From Eledone cirrhosa (lineage: Eukaryota), in assembly GCA_964016885.1 (NCBI GenBank), contig OZ024741.1, positions 310,930,001-310,994,000 of the forward strand: a DNA stretch of 64,000 nucleotides, read 5' to 3'. Position numbers and translations under genes: made by a program. Shown here one piece after another: positions 1 to 11,773 of this stretch (positions are counted from its first letter, which is position 1; each line of letters begins with the position of its first letter). The notes beneath the pieces are model-generated. The model saw only the letters and a program-made list of their open reading frames with translations. It was not told where the DNA came from and did not search any database.

Positions 1-41
1 TATATATATATATATATATATATATATTAATATATTCATAT

Positions 42-76
<35 letters not shown>

Positions 77-78
77 TT

Positions 79-1400
79 CAATTCTAATCATCCTAGAAGC
101 ATTAAAAACACTATTGTCAATAGCGTCCCACAACGGATTTCACGCATCTCCGCTAATAAAAATATTTTTAATGATAAGGCTGAATATTATAATGAATTAA
201 AGAATGCTGGAATAACCATGATCATACATTTAGGAGATCTGATAAAAAAATCTTCTACTTCACTTTCACATCTTATTTGGAATTTAAAAGTCAATATAGA
301 CTATTCAATATCTTGGAGAACGATTTCGAAAGCACCTGCATACCGAAATGCGGCTTTATCAAGATTCTGTAAATTGTGTATCGAAGAAATTTTTTATATA
401 ATTAACTGTCAAAACTTTATTAATCTCAGAACAGAATTATTTTCTTCTTGCAAACATCGCCAAAAGTGCACGTTTAGAACTATTTTTAATTTATAATATT
501 CCTATACACCTTCACAATGATCCTACCCTTTTAAAAATTTAAATGTAAATTTTTTAAATATTTTTAATATTTTTAATATCTAAAATATTCTTAATATTTC
601 AAATTTTTTTTTAATATCTCTAATATTTTTAATATTTTTAATATATATATTTAATATTTTAATTTCCGACATTATTTTAATTCTGACATTATTTTTAATT
701 ATAATTTAATTCACCCCTATATTAACAATATTCTGGAAACATTTTCAATGTGGAACAAAATTTTTGAATCCACAAATTGTTCTACTTTCACAACATGAAC
801 CACCTATTTTTAATTAAAATACAAAATCAACATCTTTGTAACTCATATTTGATATATAAACAACTAATACATACGCAATTTTATTATTATATATATAGAT
901 ATTTATATACATATAACCTATCGTAATGTAATAAGATAAAAATACTTACGACCATAATTCTTCATATAATTTAATTGATTATATATACAATATTATAACT
1001 CATAATATAGGTAAAAATAAATCTTTTCCCCCAAATTAACGTAAATGCTAGCTCTTCTTCCTTTCTCTTCTTTTCTCTTCTTTCCTACGCATACAATAAC
1101 ATCATAATTATTCAAATTTTCCATAGCGTCTTAAATAACGTTTTTTCAGCATTTTTACCTAAACCTCATTTGCATACTCATCTTAATAATTTGAAATATC
1201 TGACTTCTCTTCTCTTATCCCTTCACTATCCAAGGATAACTTGAACCTTTAAGGTATATTCTACTTGGTTATTTCAACATTTATAAAACACACTTCGTAT
1301 TTTATCTGATGATAGAGTACCAAAATTTTGGTACCCTTGAAATATATATAATAGAATAAATATGGTTTTATAAATATAGTTTACATTTATTTAATATCAT
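79..1400 (+). mobile_element. Penelope-like element (Neptune-type) relic, internally deleted, with 3' UTR/pLTR
   Basis: 79-215 reads SNHPRSIKNTIV..RISRISANKNIF (PLE RT thumb); ORF 218-496 has the GIY-YIG C-terminal signature (TSLS..IW.LK..I.YSISW..KAPAY..CKLCIEE..IN.RTELFSSCKH); ends with a hammerhead and AATAAA at ~1300-1360. Confidence 0.8.
1298..1358 (+). ncRNA. Type I hammerhead ribozyme (PLE-type)
   Basis: Stem I TATTTTAT/ATAGAATA, core CTGATGA 1306-1312, stem II AGAGTACCAAAA/TTTTGGTACCCT, GAAA 1339-1342, palindromic stem III TATATA, cleavage after TA at 1350. Confidence 0.8.
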
Positions 1401-1402
1401 TG

Positions 1403-1446
<44 letters not shown>

Positions 1447-1457
1447 CATACACACAC

Positions 1458-1509
<52 letters not shown>

Positions 1510-1549
1510 ATATATAATATTAGTAATAATATTAGAGTTATAATATTAA

Positions 1550-1854
1550 TGTTGTTTACTAATAAAACAGTTCAGTTAAATCATTTTGTTAACTGTAAAA
1601 TAAATTTTCCTAATAATATTTCCTTCACATGCATTTTTATTTTACCATTATTTAGTGTTTATTACCATGTTTTATATTTTGTGCAAATAAACAACGGCAA
1701 GCATGGGGAGATGGTAATGCCTTATATTTGGGGTGTCGTCTCATCCGCCATATATAGGCCTAAACCTGAATTACACGTCTGAATTTGATGCGTTGACCTA
1801 TGCACCGGAACAACTTTTACACCAGCTTATACGGTGTATGTATATAAATGTATT

Positions 1855-1855
<1 letters not shown>
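1550..1855. repeat. Intronic repeat, copy 1 (copies at ~3570-3870 and partial ~5197-5332)
   Basis: Shared atgttgtttactaata...caacggcaagcat...gtcgtctcatccg...cctgaattacac...caacttttacacc. Confidence 0.75.
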
Positions 1856-1929
<74 letters not shown>

Positions 1930-2065
1930 CTATATATATATATATAGGTTTTAATATAGAACTGTTATACTCTACTATGTATTGAGTAACTTACTTATTG
2001 TGGTTACCTCCGATTCAATCCGGAATGAATTATATATATATATATATATGTCTGTGTGTGTGTGT

Positions 2066-2160
<95 letters not shown>

Positions 2161-2430
2161 GAGAGGGAGAGCAAGAGTTACAAAGTGAGAGAGAATTAAA
2201 ATGTTGGCTCTAACATAGCTTTATACATATCAGTATGTGTAGTTTGGATATCTAGCAATATGCGGTATGTTTAGGTATAATAATAAACAATTGCCAGCTT
2301 CAGCTATGAATGGAGACTTATGAGGAAGGGCCATCCAGCGGATCCCAGCAGAAGTAAGGGCGGGTAAATCTCGACGATCGTCGTTTCTGATTCTGGTCGC
2401 TATCAAGACAGTGCTATATACATATATTAC

Positions 2431-2818
2431 TATTGGTGCTCTGAAATAGCGATGTATACATGAATGTATTTATATTATATTTGGCAATATACTGTATGTT
2501 TAATTAAACACATTTAGAAGACCATTCGCTATTAGTTATAAAGTAGTTACTATATCACTTCCTTATTCTTGGCATATAACAACAGAGAGTAATCCTCAGG
2601 CAGTCTGTTTCTCGCTTGTGAGCGATTATCAAGACCGCACACTCCGCAGTCTTTGTCGAGAATTATAGCTGGATTCTTATAGAATTCCAGTAATAATCAG
2701 CAGCTGATTATACAGATTGCCGGTCCAGCAAAAATTAGGTATTAGTATTGGTGATCTTATATTGCCAAATATACTATACATACATTCATGTATAGATCGC
2801 TATTTCAGAGTACCAATA
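2431..2818 (-). mobile_element. Short hammerhead-containing repeat (retrozyme-like or solo pLTR), degenerate ribozyme, with inverted end duplication
   Basis: TATTGGTG recurs at 2431 and 2746 (315-bp period); minus strand ~2597-2632 TTGATAA-tcgct/agcga-GAAACAGACTGCC; 2758-2818 is the inverse of 2432-2490. Confidence 0.6.
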
Positions 2819-2902
2819 CTAACATCTAATTTTTGCCTTTACCTAATATTTACACACACAAACTCACAAACACACACACACAAGCGCGCGCAAACATATA
2901 TA

Positions 2903-2936
<34 letters not shown>

Positions 2937-2976
2937 TGTGTGAGTATAGTAAATACGTAAGAAGTTTATAATATAC

Positions 2977-3108
2977 CTTGTTGGCAGTCACCAATATAAC
3001 CTGCAGAACATCCATCTGAACACGTTCCATTTCGCATGTCACAGTTACTATTGTCGAGACAATGGCATTTCCCTGTACAATTAACACCAAAGTTTCCTAT
3101 TGGGCATT
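2977..3108 (-). CDS. EGF-like exon of a MEGF10/SCARF/PTPR-type multi-EGF protein
   Basis: TTTCAG|...|GTATAT boundaries, 132 nt, phase 1-1; ECPIGNFGVNCTGKCHCLDNSNCDMRNGTCSDGCSAGYIGDCQQ. Confidence 0.9.
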
Positions 3109-3904
3109 CTGAAATATATATAATATATTAAACATCATATTTACACACACACACACAAACACACGCACACACAAACACACGCACAAACACACCCTCACCA
3201 CCACCCCGCACTCACACACACTACTACACACACACACACACATGTATATATAAATATATATATACTGTATATATATAAATGCATACATATATACATATAT
3301 ACATATATACATACATACATACATATATACATATATATATACATATATTCATATACTGTATATATATAATATTAGTATTAATATTAGTTATAATATTAAT
3401 GGTATACTGATTCACTGAATTATCTAAACTATTGGAAAAACTACGGTAATTGCCCCACGAAACAAAACTGGCCTAAAGTAAAAATATATCGCCATGTAAT
3501 TCTGACACACAGAGGATAAGGAATATTTAGGTTTTTAAAATTACCACGTATCAAGTAACGGTGTGGTAGCATGTTGTTTACTAATATAACAGTTCAGTTA
3601 AATCATTTAGTTAACTGTAAAATAAATTTTTCTAATTGTATTTTCTTCACATGCATTTTTATTTTACAACCATGTGTTTATTTCCGTGTTTTATATTTTA
3701 TCCAAATAAACAACGGCAAGCATATCTACGGCTGGGAAGATGGTAATACCTTATATTTGGGGTGTCGTCTCATCCGGCGTATATAGGCCTACACCTGAAT
3801 TACACCTCAGAAATTGATGGGTCGATTATGCACCCGATCAACTTTTACACCGGCATATACGGTATATACATATAAATGTATAGAAGCTTATAGAAAATTA
3901 CAGA

Positions 3905-4289
3905 AGCTGGATTCTTATAGAATTCCAGTAATAATCAGGAGCTGATTATACAGAGCCGGTCCAGCAAAAATTACGTATTAGGATTGGTGCTCTGAAATAG
4001 CGATGTATACATGAATGTATGTATGGTATATTTGGTAATATGCCGTATATTTATAAGAATCCAGCTTCGGCGGAAGGAGGGTGTGTGTGTCTCTGATGAT
4101 CGCCAACCAGCGTGAAACAGACTGTCAGCTTTTCTCCCTTTTTTCGCCGAAGATAAGTAAGTAACATAGTCACTACTTTAAAATTGATAGTGTATGGTCT
4201 TCTAATTGTTTTTATTTAAAACATACGGTATATTGCCAAATATACTATACATACATTCATGTATACATCGCTATTTCAGAGAACCAATC

Positions 4290-4290
<1 letters not shown>
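3905..4290 (+). mobile_element. Second copy of the hammerhead-containing short repeat (fold-back)
   Basis: 3905-4050 matches 2667-2753 continuing into 2431-2490; 4052-4290 is the opposite orientation and carries CTGATGA-tcgc/gcgt-GAAACAGACTGTC. Confidence 0.65.
4091..4128 (+). ncRNA. Type I hammerhead ribozyme, intact core but weak stem I
   Basis: CTGATGA 4093-4099, stem II CGC/GCG, GAAA 4114-4117, stem III CAG-A-CTG, GTC triplet 4124-4126; only 2 bp of stem I. Confidence 0.55.
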
Positions 4291-4336
<46 letters not shown>

Positions 4337-4346
4337 TATAATATAC

Positions 4347-4377
<31 letters not shown>

Positions 4378-4635
4378 TATACATTTATTTATATATATTA
4401 GTCCAATTGTAGGTAATCAGTGTAAATATGGAACAACATACAATTGTAGGGTGTAAATATCACGTTTAATATAGACATGGCTTCTACAGTACTAGAACTA
4501 TTTCATTCAAAAGTAATCACCAGGAAAGCCGATTCCTGATGATTTCATTGGATGAAACTTTTCTAGGCCTGTAGAAGTAATTTCAATATTAAGCATCATA
4601 TTTACACACGCACACTGACGCACAAGAACAAACAA

Positions 4636-4729
<94 letters not shown>

Positions 4730-4768
4730 CTGTGTATAGAGTAAATACATAACTAGTTTATGATATAC

Positions 4769-4903
4769 CTTGTTGGCAAGTGTCACCAATATAACCTGCA
4801 GCACATCCATCTGAACATGTTCCTAAAACTGAGTTACAGTTACTGTCGTTGATACAATGACATGTACCATTACAAGCAACACCAAACTTTCCTACTGGGC
4901 ATT
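4769..4903 (-). CDS. EGF-like exon of the same multi-EGF gene
   Basis: TTTTCAG|...|GTATAT, 135 nt, phase 1-1; ECPVGKFGVACNGTCHCINDSNCNSVLGTCSDGCAAGYIGDTCQQ. Confidence 0.9.
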
Positions 4904-5375
4904 CTGAAAATATCAATAAAGTGATAATGTTGAAGATTTCATTAATTACATACAGATATCAATGATACAATTTTATACCAAATTTTTTAGATTAAAGTGG
5001 TCTTGTGATAAACATATGAACTTGTATACTTATTGAATATTATATCGATCCTCTATAATATATACATGGATTTTTAGTTCTGTTAAATGTAAACTTAAAA
5101 ACATTATGAAAGAAACAAACAATATTATAAGAAAAGTTAACATATATAATCCTTCAAAATCATACCATTTTCTATCAGTTCCTACGGCATGTATTTGCAA
5201 CGGCAAGAATGTCTACAGGTGGGAAGATGGTACTACCTTATAGTTGGGATGTCGTCTCATCCGGCGTATATAGGTCTAAACCTGAATTACACCACAGAAT
5301 TTGATGGGTTGACCTATGTACCGGATCAACTATATGGTTATATATATAAAATGTAATCTGAGTTTTTCGAATATT

Positions 5376-5569
5376 AATAATTGTTTCTACAATAGGCACA
5401 AGGCCAGCAATTATCCCAGTGTATTAATGGTACTTTATTTTATCGACCCACATTAGGATGAAAGGCAAAGTTAACCTCGACGGGATTTGAACTCAGAATG
5501 GCAAGGGCCGTAACTCTATGCGTCAAAGCATGGCGTTCGACCCTCTACCGATACTACCAATTCACCGCC
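5376..5569 (-). mobile_element. tRNA-derived SINE, full length
   Basis: Minus strand GGCGGTGAATTGG..., B-box GAGTTCAAATCC, central GCCTTTCATCC..GGGTCGATAAAATAAAGTACC, tail GGCCTTGTGCC..AGAAACAATTATT; many copies in the window. Confidence 0.85.
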
Positions 5570-5810
5570 CTTTGGCATGTACATGTTTACATGCCAAGAC
5601 AAGAGCAAGAATGAAGGGTTCATTCTACTGACATTGCTATAAAAATGAGGCTTGTTTGCATAATTGTAAACGAATCGAATGTTATTATTAATATTCGAAA
5701 AACTCAGATTACATTTATTGTATTCAGCCATGTAGAGCGAAGATTTTCGCTATATATATATATATATATATACAGAGAGAGAGAGTGAGAGAGAGAGTGA
5801 GAGAGAGAGA

Positions 5811-5888
<78 letters not shown>

Positions 5889-5902
5889 GAGACAAAGAGA
5901 GA

Positions 5903-6809
5903 AAATATTGGGGGTGATGTGATCATGCAAGTTGACGTCCATCCATTCTTGTGTCATTTGAGCCTTGTGTGATGGTACAGAACCTTCTTGAACGACATAA
6001 GGCCTCCCATTGCATATATTGTTGATCCAAGGCTTAACAATGTTTTCCAGAACCTCAATATACGCAGCAGCAATCACCCTAAGGCCTTGTGGACAAAAGT
6101 GAGGAGGATCACATGTCCTTCATTGCTAACAACACGCAAAACCATGACACTTGAAGGAAATTGTGTGTGCATTACTGTTGGAACCTCAGAAGGGTCTGGA
6201 CATAGCCACCTGTCATTTCTTCTGTTAGCTTTCTGTTCCTGGTCAAAGTTTTTCACATCTGAGAAAAAACAAATCACATAATCTTCTGGTGAATTTTTAA
6301 GTTTGTTCAAAAGTCTTTTAGATCTGATTAAACGGTTTTCTTTTGTTTTTTCTGACATGAATTGACCTGTCCTCACCACGTAAGATTTGTATATGATGTC
6401 TTCATGCACAACATATCTGATTGGTTTTTCTGACACACCAACATTTTTTGCAATTGATCTCATTGATTTTCCTGGATTGTCATCAATGTTTAGCTTAACT
6501 TCCTGAATAAATTCAGGTGTCCTGATAGAATCAGAGCATTTGGAATGTTTTTTACGTTTTGATAAGGTGATACGCTGCCATCTTCTTTCTCTAACTCACA
6601 CCGAATCTTGTGTGACAAAAGATCTTGCAACTTTCAGAAAAACAGAAATTTCTATATCACCATGCTTAGCCTTCAAAACTACAATCACATGTCTTTTCGT
6701 TTCATTAGTAAGCATAGTTATTTTTCTGAAATAGAAGTTTAATAAACATTAGTCAAATAAAATAATGACTAAAAATACATGTGTCCTCAAATACCGTCCG
6801 CACTCTGTG

Positions 6810-6811
<2 letters not shown>
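5903..6811 (-). mobile_element. Tc1/mariner (DD37D/maT-like) transposon relic, 3'-truncated
   Basis: ORFs 6074-6463 and 5724-6077: HTH (MRSIAKNVGVSE..IRYVVHED), FSDxKNF, NRRNDRW, VMV..VVS.EG, QEGSVPSH; probable TIR start TA-CACAGAGTG at ~6811; cut off by (GA)n. Confidence 0.8.
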
Positions 6812-6854
<43 letters not shown>

Positions 6855-6938
6855 TATATATATATACTAGCTGGCCCGTGCTGCTGGCGCCCGGCTAGGT
6901 ATACCTGCCTCCTCCACTGAAAAGATACCACACACCCT

Positions 6939-7138
6939 NNNNNNNNNNNNNNNNNNNNNNNNNNNNNNNNNNNNNNNNNNNNNNNNNNNNNNNNNNNNNN
7001 NNNNNNNNNNNNNNNNNNNNNNNNNNNNNNNNNNNNNNNNNNNNNNNNNNNNNNNNNNNNNNNNNNNNNNNNNNNNNNNNNNNNNNNNNNNNNNNNNNNN
7101 NNNNNNNNNNNNNNNNNNNNNNNNNNNNNNNNNNNNNN
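6939..7138. other. Assembly gap (200 N)
   Basis: Run of N. Confidence 1.
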
Positions 7139-7354
7139 GATACGGAAACTAAAACAGTGTTGTCATATAGAGAGTGAAGAGAGACAGAGAGAGTAAAGCA
7201 GTTAAACTATAGAGAGGGGGAATGATCTTACATACATACATGCATACGTACATACACACATATAAAGTATAGATATGTCTGTTTGTGTGTATGTGTATGT
7301 GCATGTGTGTGTCTGTGTGTTTTGTTTTGATGTTATCCGGCAATTGGCGAAATC

Positions 7355-7410
<56 letters not shown>

Positions 7411-7457
7411 TATGCGAGCGACGACAGAAAAAGTGTCTGGGATACATACATTATTAT

Positions 7458-7764
7458 ATTGGCAGTATCGGTGGAGTGTCAGACGCCATGTTTTGACGCA
7501 TAGAGTTACAGCCCTTGCCATTCTGAGTTCAAATCCCGCCGAGGTTAACTTTGTCTTTCATCCTTACGAGGTCGATAAAATGAAGTACCAGTAATACACT
7601 GGATAATTGCTGGCCTTGTGCCAAAGGTAGAAACAATTATTATATTTGTCTGTTCATTTTGAGATTAAGTTTGCCTTTCATCCTTACGGGGTCGATAAAA
7701 TAAAGTACCAGTAATGCACTGATTAATTGCTGCCCTTGTGCCAAAAAGGAGAAACAATTATTAT
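7458..7764 (+). mobile_element. tRNA-derived SINE plus tandem partial second copy
   Basis: Same family as 5376-5569; 3' half repeated at ~7665-7764. Confidence 0.85.
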
Positions 7765-8124
7765 ATTTGTCTGTATTTTCGTTCTGCAACCATTATATTA
7801 TGATATCTGTATCCAAATGATTTTAGATGTATGTATTACCTCCTTGCCCGTTCTTCTGTTTCTCTTTCCCTGTCTCTCTCTCTCTCTCCTCTCTCCCCTC
7901 TCTCTCTTTAACTGTGTGTGTAGTTTTCCTAATCTGCCTCTTTCACTCTCTGTCTCACTAAGAGGGTTGCCTTTTGATGTATGTATTACCTGCTTGTGTG
8001 TTGACCGAATTTGAAGGAGGTTATCTTTTGAAATAAACATACATACGAAGCTCATCTCTATGTTGATATATGATATAAATAATGGGATTGATGAGTTAAT
8101 ATCTGTATACAACAACTACAACGG

Positions 8125-8400
8125 TACGCGATGGGGCCCGCCCACAGACCCGGCGGACAGAATGGAGAAGGCGTGTCCCCGTAGGACGGCAAGGGAGACG
8201 CGATGAAAAAACCACTCCAACTCCCGGGGCTCACACCTGCGGCTGGCCAGCTAAGCGCCTATGGTGGTGAGTAAGGAGGTAGCCCTGGGGCCGAGGACAC
8301 CAGAAGTCTCCACTGCCAGGGGTACGACCGCAAACCTGTCGGAGAGCGACCGGTATTTGAGGAGTTTGGCCCCCTCAGCCCGACCTACAGCAGAACCTGG
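8125..8400 (-). mobile_element. CRE-clade non-LTR retrotransposon 3' fragment
   Basis: Homologous to 11800-12050 (DRFAVVPLAVETSGVLGPRATSLLTTIG, REL domain end). Confidence 0.7.
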
Positions 8401-8974
8401 GTATATATTGATATATTGAAGGTAGATACGGAAAGCAAAAGAGTGTTGTCATATAGAGAGTGAAGAGCGACAGAGAGTAAAGCAGTTAAATTATAGAGAG
8501 GGTGAAAGAGGGAGAGAGAGAGAGAGAGAGAGACAACGCTCAGCTTTATAATATTAGACAGTGAAGAGCGACAGAGAGAGTAAAGCAGTTAAATTATAGA
8601 GAGGGGGGATTGATCTATTACAGAGAGAGGAAAGAGCGACGGAAGTGTAAAGCTAAGAAACTATAGGGAGGTGTGTAGGATACATACATACATAATACAC
8701 ATTATACTCAGCTTTATAATATTACTAGCTAGCCCGTCCAGCTGGCGCTTGGCTAGGTGGCTAGGTATATTTTTGCCCCCACCACTCCACTGCAAATATA
8801 CCACACACCGTGTCACATTGTCCTTCCGACTCTCTCTCTCTCTCTCTGAATAACTAACACTTTAATTGTATCTCTCTCTGTCTAACGGCCCATCTCTCTC
8901 TTTTCCCCTCCCTCTGTTTTTCCATCTCTCTCGGTAGATGTGTGTGTGTAGTTTTCCTAATCTTTCTCTAAATC

Positions 8975-9310
8975 AGAAGATCTCCGAAGCCTGGAGAGAA
9001 ATGACGACAGTATGCTCCGATGAATGTGTAATGCTAATGTGTATGGACGACGCAGAAGTGAACTGAGAAGAAAATAATATATAAGAGGATTTGAAAGTAA
9101 TGTGAAAAGGAGAGAAGATTACTCTGGTATGGATATGTGATGCGTATGGAAGACAGCAGCTGAACGAAGAAATGCAGAGTAATCGCAGTGGCTGGAACAC
9201 GAGGAAATGGCAGACCAAAAAAACTTGTGATGACAAAGGATCAAATGGGCTGGCGCTATCCTGTGTTAATGAAGACCCGACCAGGATCATAAAATATGAC
9301 CTGACCCATA
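8975..9310 (+). mobile_element. RTE-clade LINE 3' fragment
   Basis: Degenerate RRRLLWYGYVMRMED...GTRGNGRPKKT, typical of the RTE ORF C-terminus. Confidence 0.6.
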
Positions 9311-10069
9311 CATGAACTACCTCCTCTCTCCTACTATACTCCCCCTATCTGTCCACCCCAATGAGGCACCACTACTCATACACCTTCGAGAACCACACAC
9401 CCACTAAAGACCTTAGATAACCTCACCATTGGCCAATAGTAGTTGATTTCTTTTCCCATTGTTCACTCCACCTCTACTAGCAAACCTTATCCCTCACTAT
9501 CCCTTACCCATCTCTCTAACACCACCCCAATCTCTATCGACCACATTCTTCGCTACATTCCCCTCCCCGTACACCTATCAGCTATTCAGACCTCTTACTC
9601 ATCCCTAACCCCGCTTCCTATCTCTCCATCACGCCCCATATCTCCACCATGTTGACCACATCCCTCACACCACTACACCCCATACACTAATCAGCAACTC
9701 CTACCCTTTACTCATTGGCCTGCCAAAGAAATCCCCATACATACCTATAACCTCATACTTATTTTCCTCCCTTATTGACCTTTCTCCAGATTTGAGAGGG
9801 TTCTGCACTTGGATTTATGGACAACATCCCCAGAGGGGTTGGTGAGAGGAGATACATCCGCTGTAGATTCCATACATGAAAGAATTGAGATAACCCTTTA
9901 GTTCTTTTAAAAACACAACCTCCTTAGTTCTGGTGATCTATACAATAAAAGCAATCAGTACACGCTGCAAAGCAGTTGGTGTTACGAAAGAGATACGGTC
10001 GTAGAAAGTTTACTAAACAAAGGGGGAGTAGGACCCTTCAGTTTGTATCAAAAAGCAACTTCTAGATAT

Positions 10070-10232
10070 AACTGTTTCTACTTTAAGCACAAGGCCAGCA
10101 ATTATCCAGTGCATTACTGGTACTTTATTTTATCGACCCCGTAAGGATGAAAGGCAAAGTCAACCTCGGCGGGATTTGAACTCAGATCGTAAAGGGACGT
10201 AACTATGCTGGAAAGGATGGTGTCCGACCCTG
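10070..10232 (-). mobile_element. tRNA-derived SINE copy
   Basis: Same family motifs. Confidence 0.8.
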
Positions 10233-10351
10233 TCTGGTAGGTCTATAGCCACGCTTCAGTAGTAATGTGTTCGATGTAATCCGGCCCAACACATGCATGC
10301 AGATGAAAGCGGACGTGAAATGATGATAATGATACACACACACTCACACAG

Positions 10352-10400
<49 letters not shown>

Positions 10401-10477
10401 CATGCATACATACATACATACATACATACATACATACATACATACATACATACATACAAATATACATATATACATAC

Positions 10478-10850
10478 ATGGTGGTGGCTGCCAACTCGTT
10501 TTCGAGTACGGCCACTACTTTATATCCATGTAGGAGAACCCCTGCCGATGCGCTGAACGAGTGTGACTTTTTAGTCCAGCCAGCGACTTGAAAACTCTGG
10601 TACAAACACTACACTTGTGACAATTACTGACACATAGTGCTAGGCCCATGGTACCATGTGATGACAAGTGCAGAGAGATCTCCAGATATAAGCAATGCCT
10701 ATGCCCTGAAGCTTTTATAGTGAGCAAAGCACTGCACAAAGCCAGTCCCACTCTCTTAACGAAGATGATATTTACCAAAAAGAAGAATAAGTCAACATCA
10801 TTGTATACCATCAGGGTTGCAGGTGTTATATCAGAGTTTTCCTTCTCCTA
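10478..10850 (-). mobile_element. RTE/BovB-like LINE fragments
   Basis: C-terminal CxxC zinc-finger-like CSVCTRVFKSLAGLKSHTR followed by a short 3' end next to (TACA)n. Confidence 0.5.
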
Positions 10851-11054
10851 GAATTCTGCATACATACATACATACATACTGACTACTACGGGTATTAATT
10901 CCACGCCAACTATCATTGTGGACCTCTACTGTTAGGTTGCAGGATCAGGTGCCAACATGACAGTATTAATGAAAAGGAGACAAATATTTGTGGACAGACA
11001 AGTAATTAAAGTATTCAATAAGTGAATAAGATAACAAATGAGTTATTATCTTAC

Positions 11055-11118
11055 CAGCTGTTACACTTGACTGCCATGTTAATAATATAATAAGTCCAAC
11101 AATAGAAAGGGACGACAT
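11055..11118 (-). CDS. Signal-peptide (first coding) exon of the multi-EGF gene
   Basis: ATG at 11118; MSSLSIVGLIILLTWQSSVTA+G then G|GTAAG donor; the phase-1 intron matches the phase-1 EGF exons downstream. Confidence 0.75.
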
Positions 11119-11773
11119 TGCAAGCCGAGCTAAATTATAAATCGAAAGTGAGGAAAACTCAGATGTTTGACATTAGCTGAAAATTTTGTCGGAGTGGCGT
11201 TTGTCACGGCGATGCTAACGGAATTATCGTTAGCGTTCAGTGTCACGGGACGGCGTGTGCACCCTTTGTGCAAAACTTCAGTAGATTACTCATGTTCTAT
11301 TTCATTATATAATTTGTTTACGAGGCGATAACTGTTTTAGATTTAGTGTTATACATATATTCATTTATTTATTGATACAGAATAGGAAGAGAAATAACCC
11401 TTCATTTTCAGTTCTGTCGTAGTAGACGAAACCAAAAGGAAGAGATGTATTTTTCAGACATGCCCCGAATAGATCTTAAGTCTGTTAAAGGTGTACAAAT
11501 ATTAGATGGTGATGTTACACTATACGTAATGACAATCTTTTTGTTTCAGGGAACGGCTATTATTATTGGACGTACATGTGTGAAGACGTTACAAGTTTGC
11601 AGGAGAAAAGGTTCGTAATTTGAAGCTATTTTAAAGTATTATTTTGTGTATTTTCTTGTCGATCACGGAGCATCAGGTACCCATCTTGGTTCCAAAGAGA
11701 GGAGACTTCTCAATATTCGAGCTTAAAGCGCGAATATTCGGATGGGTGATGTCTAAAAAACATCTAACTGATG

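Larger units (their letters stand above)
6866..8815 (+). mobile_element. Non-autonomous Helitron-like (Lep1/HINE-type) pieces interrupted by SINE and CRE fragments
   Basis: 5'-type ACTAGC..GCCCG at ~6866 and ~8725; 3'-type CTCAGCTTTATAATATTA at ~8539 and ~8707; internal GAGA-rich subrepeats; family call from recalled motifs only. Confidence 0.35.

Noticed and set aside
1733-2213. ORFs with YIYI, ERER, CVCV or THTH runs (here and throughout)
   Set aside because: Translations of (TA)n, (GA)n and (CA)n microsatellites, not genes
2686-2752. Twister-like words (TAA...GCCGGTCCAGC) in block A of the 315-nt repeat
   Set aside because: The P4 3' strand and the GAGGG pseudoknot partner are missing in both copies
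2839-3090. ORF-track proteins over the EGF exons (also 4589-4810)
   Set aside because: Wrong frame; the real frame is set by the splice sites and gives Cys-rich EGF repeats
5480-5569. tRNA gene
   Set aside because: B-box present but no cloverleaf; it is the head of a multi-copy SINE
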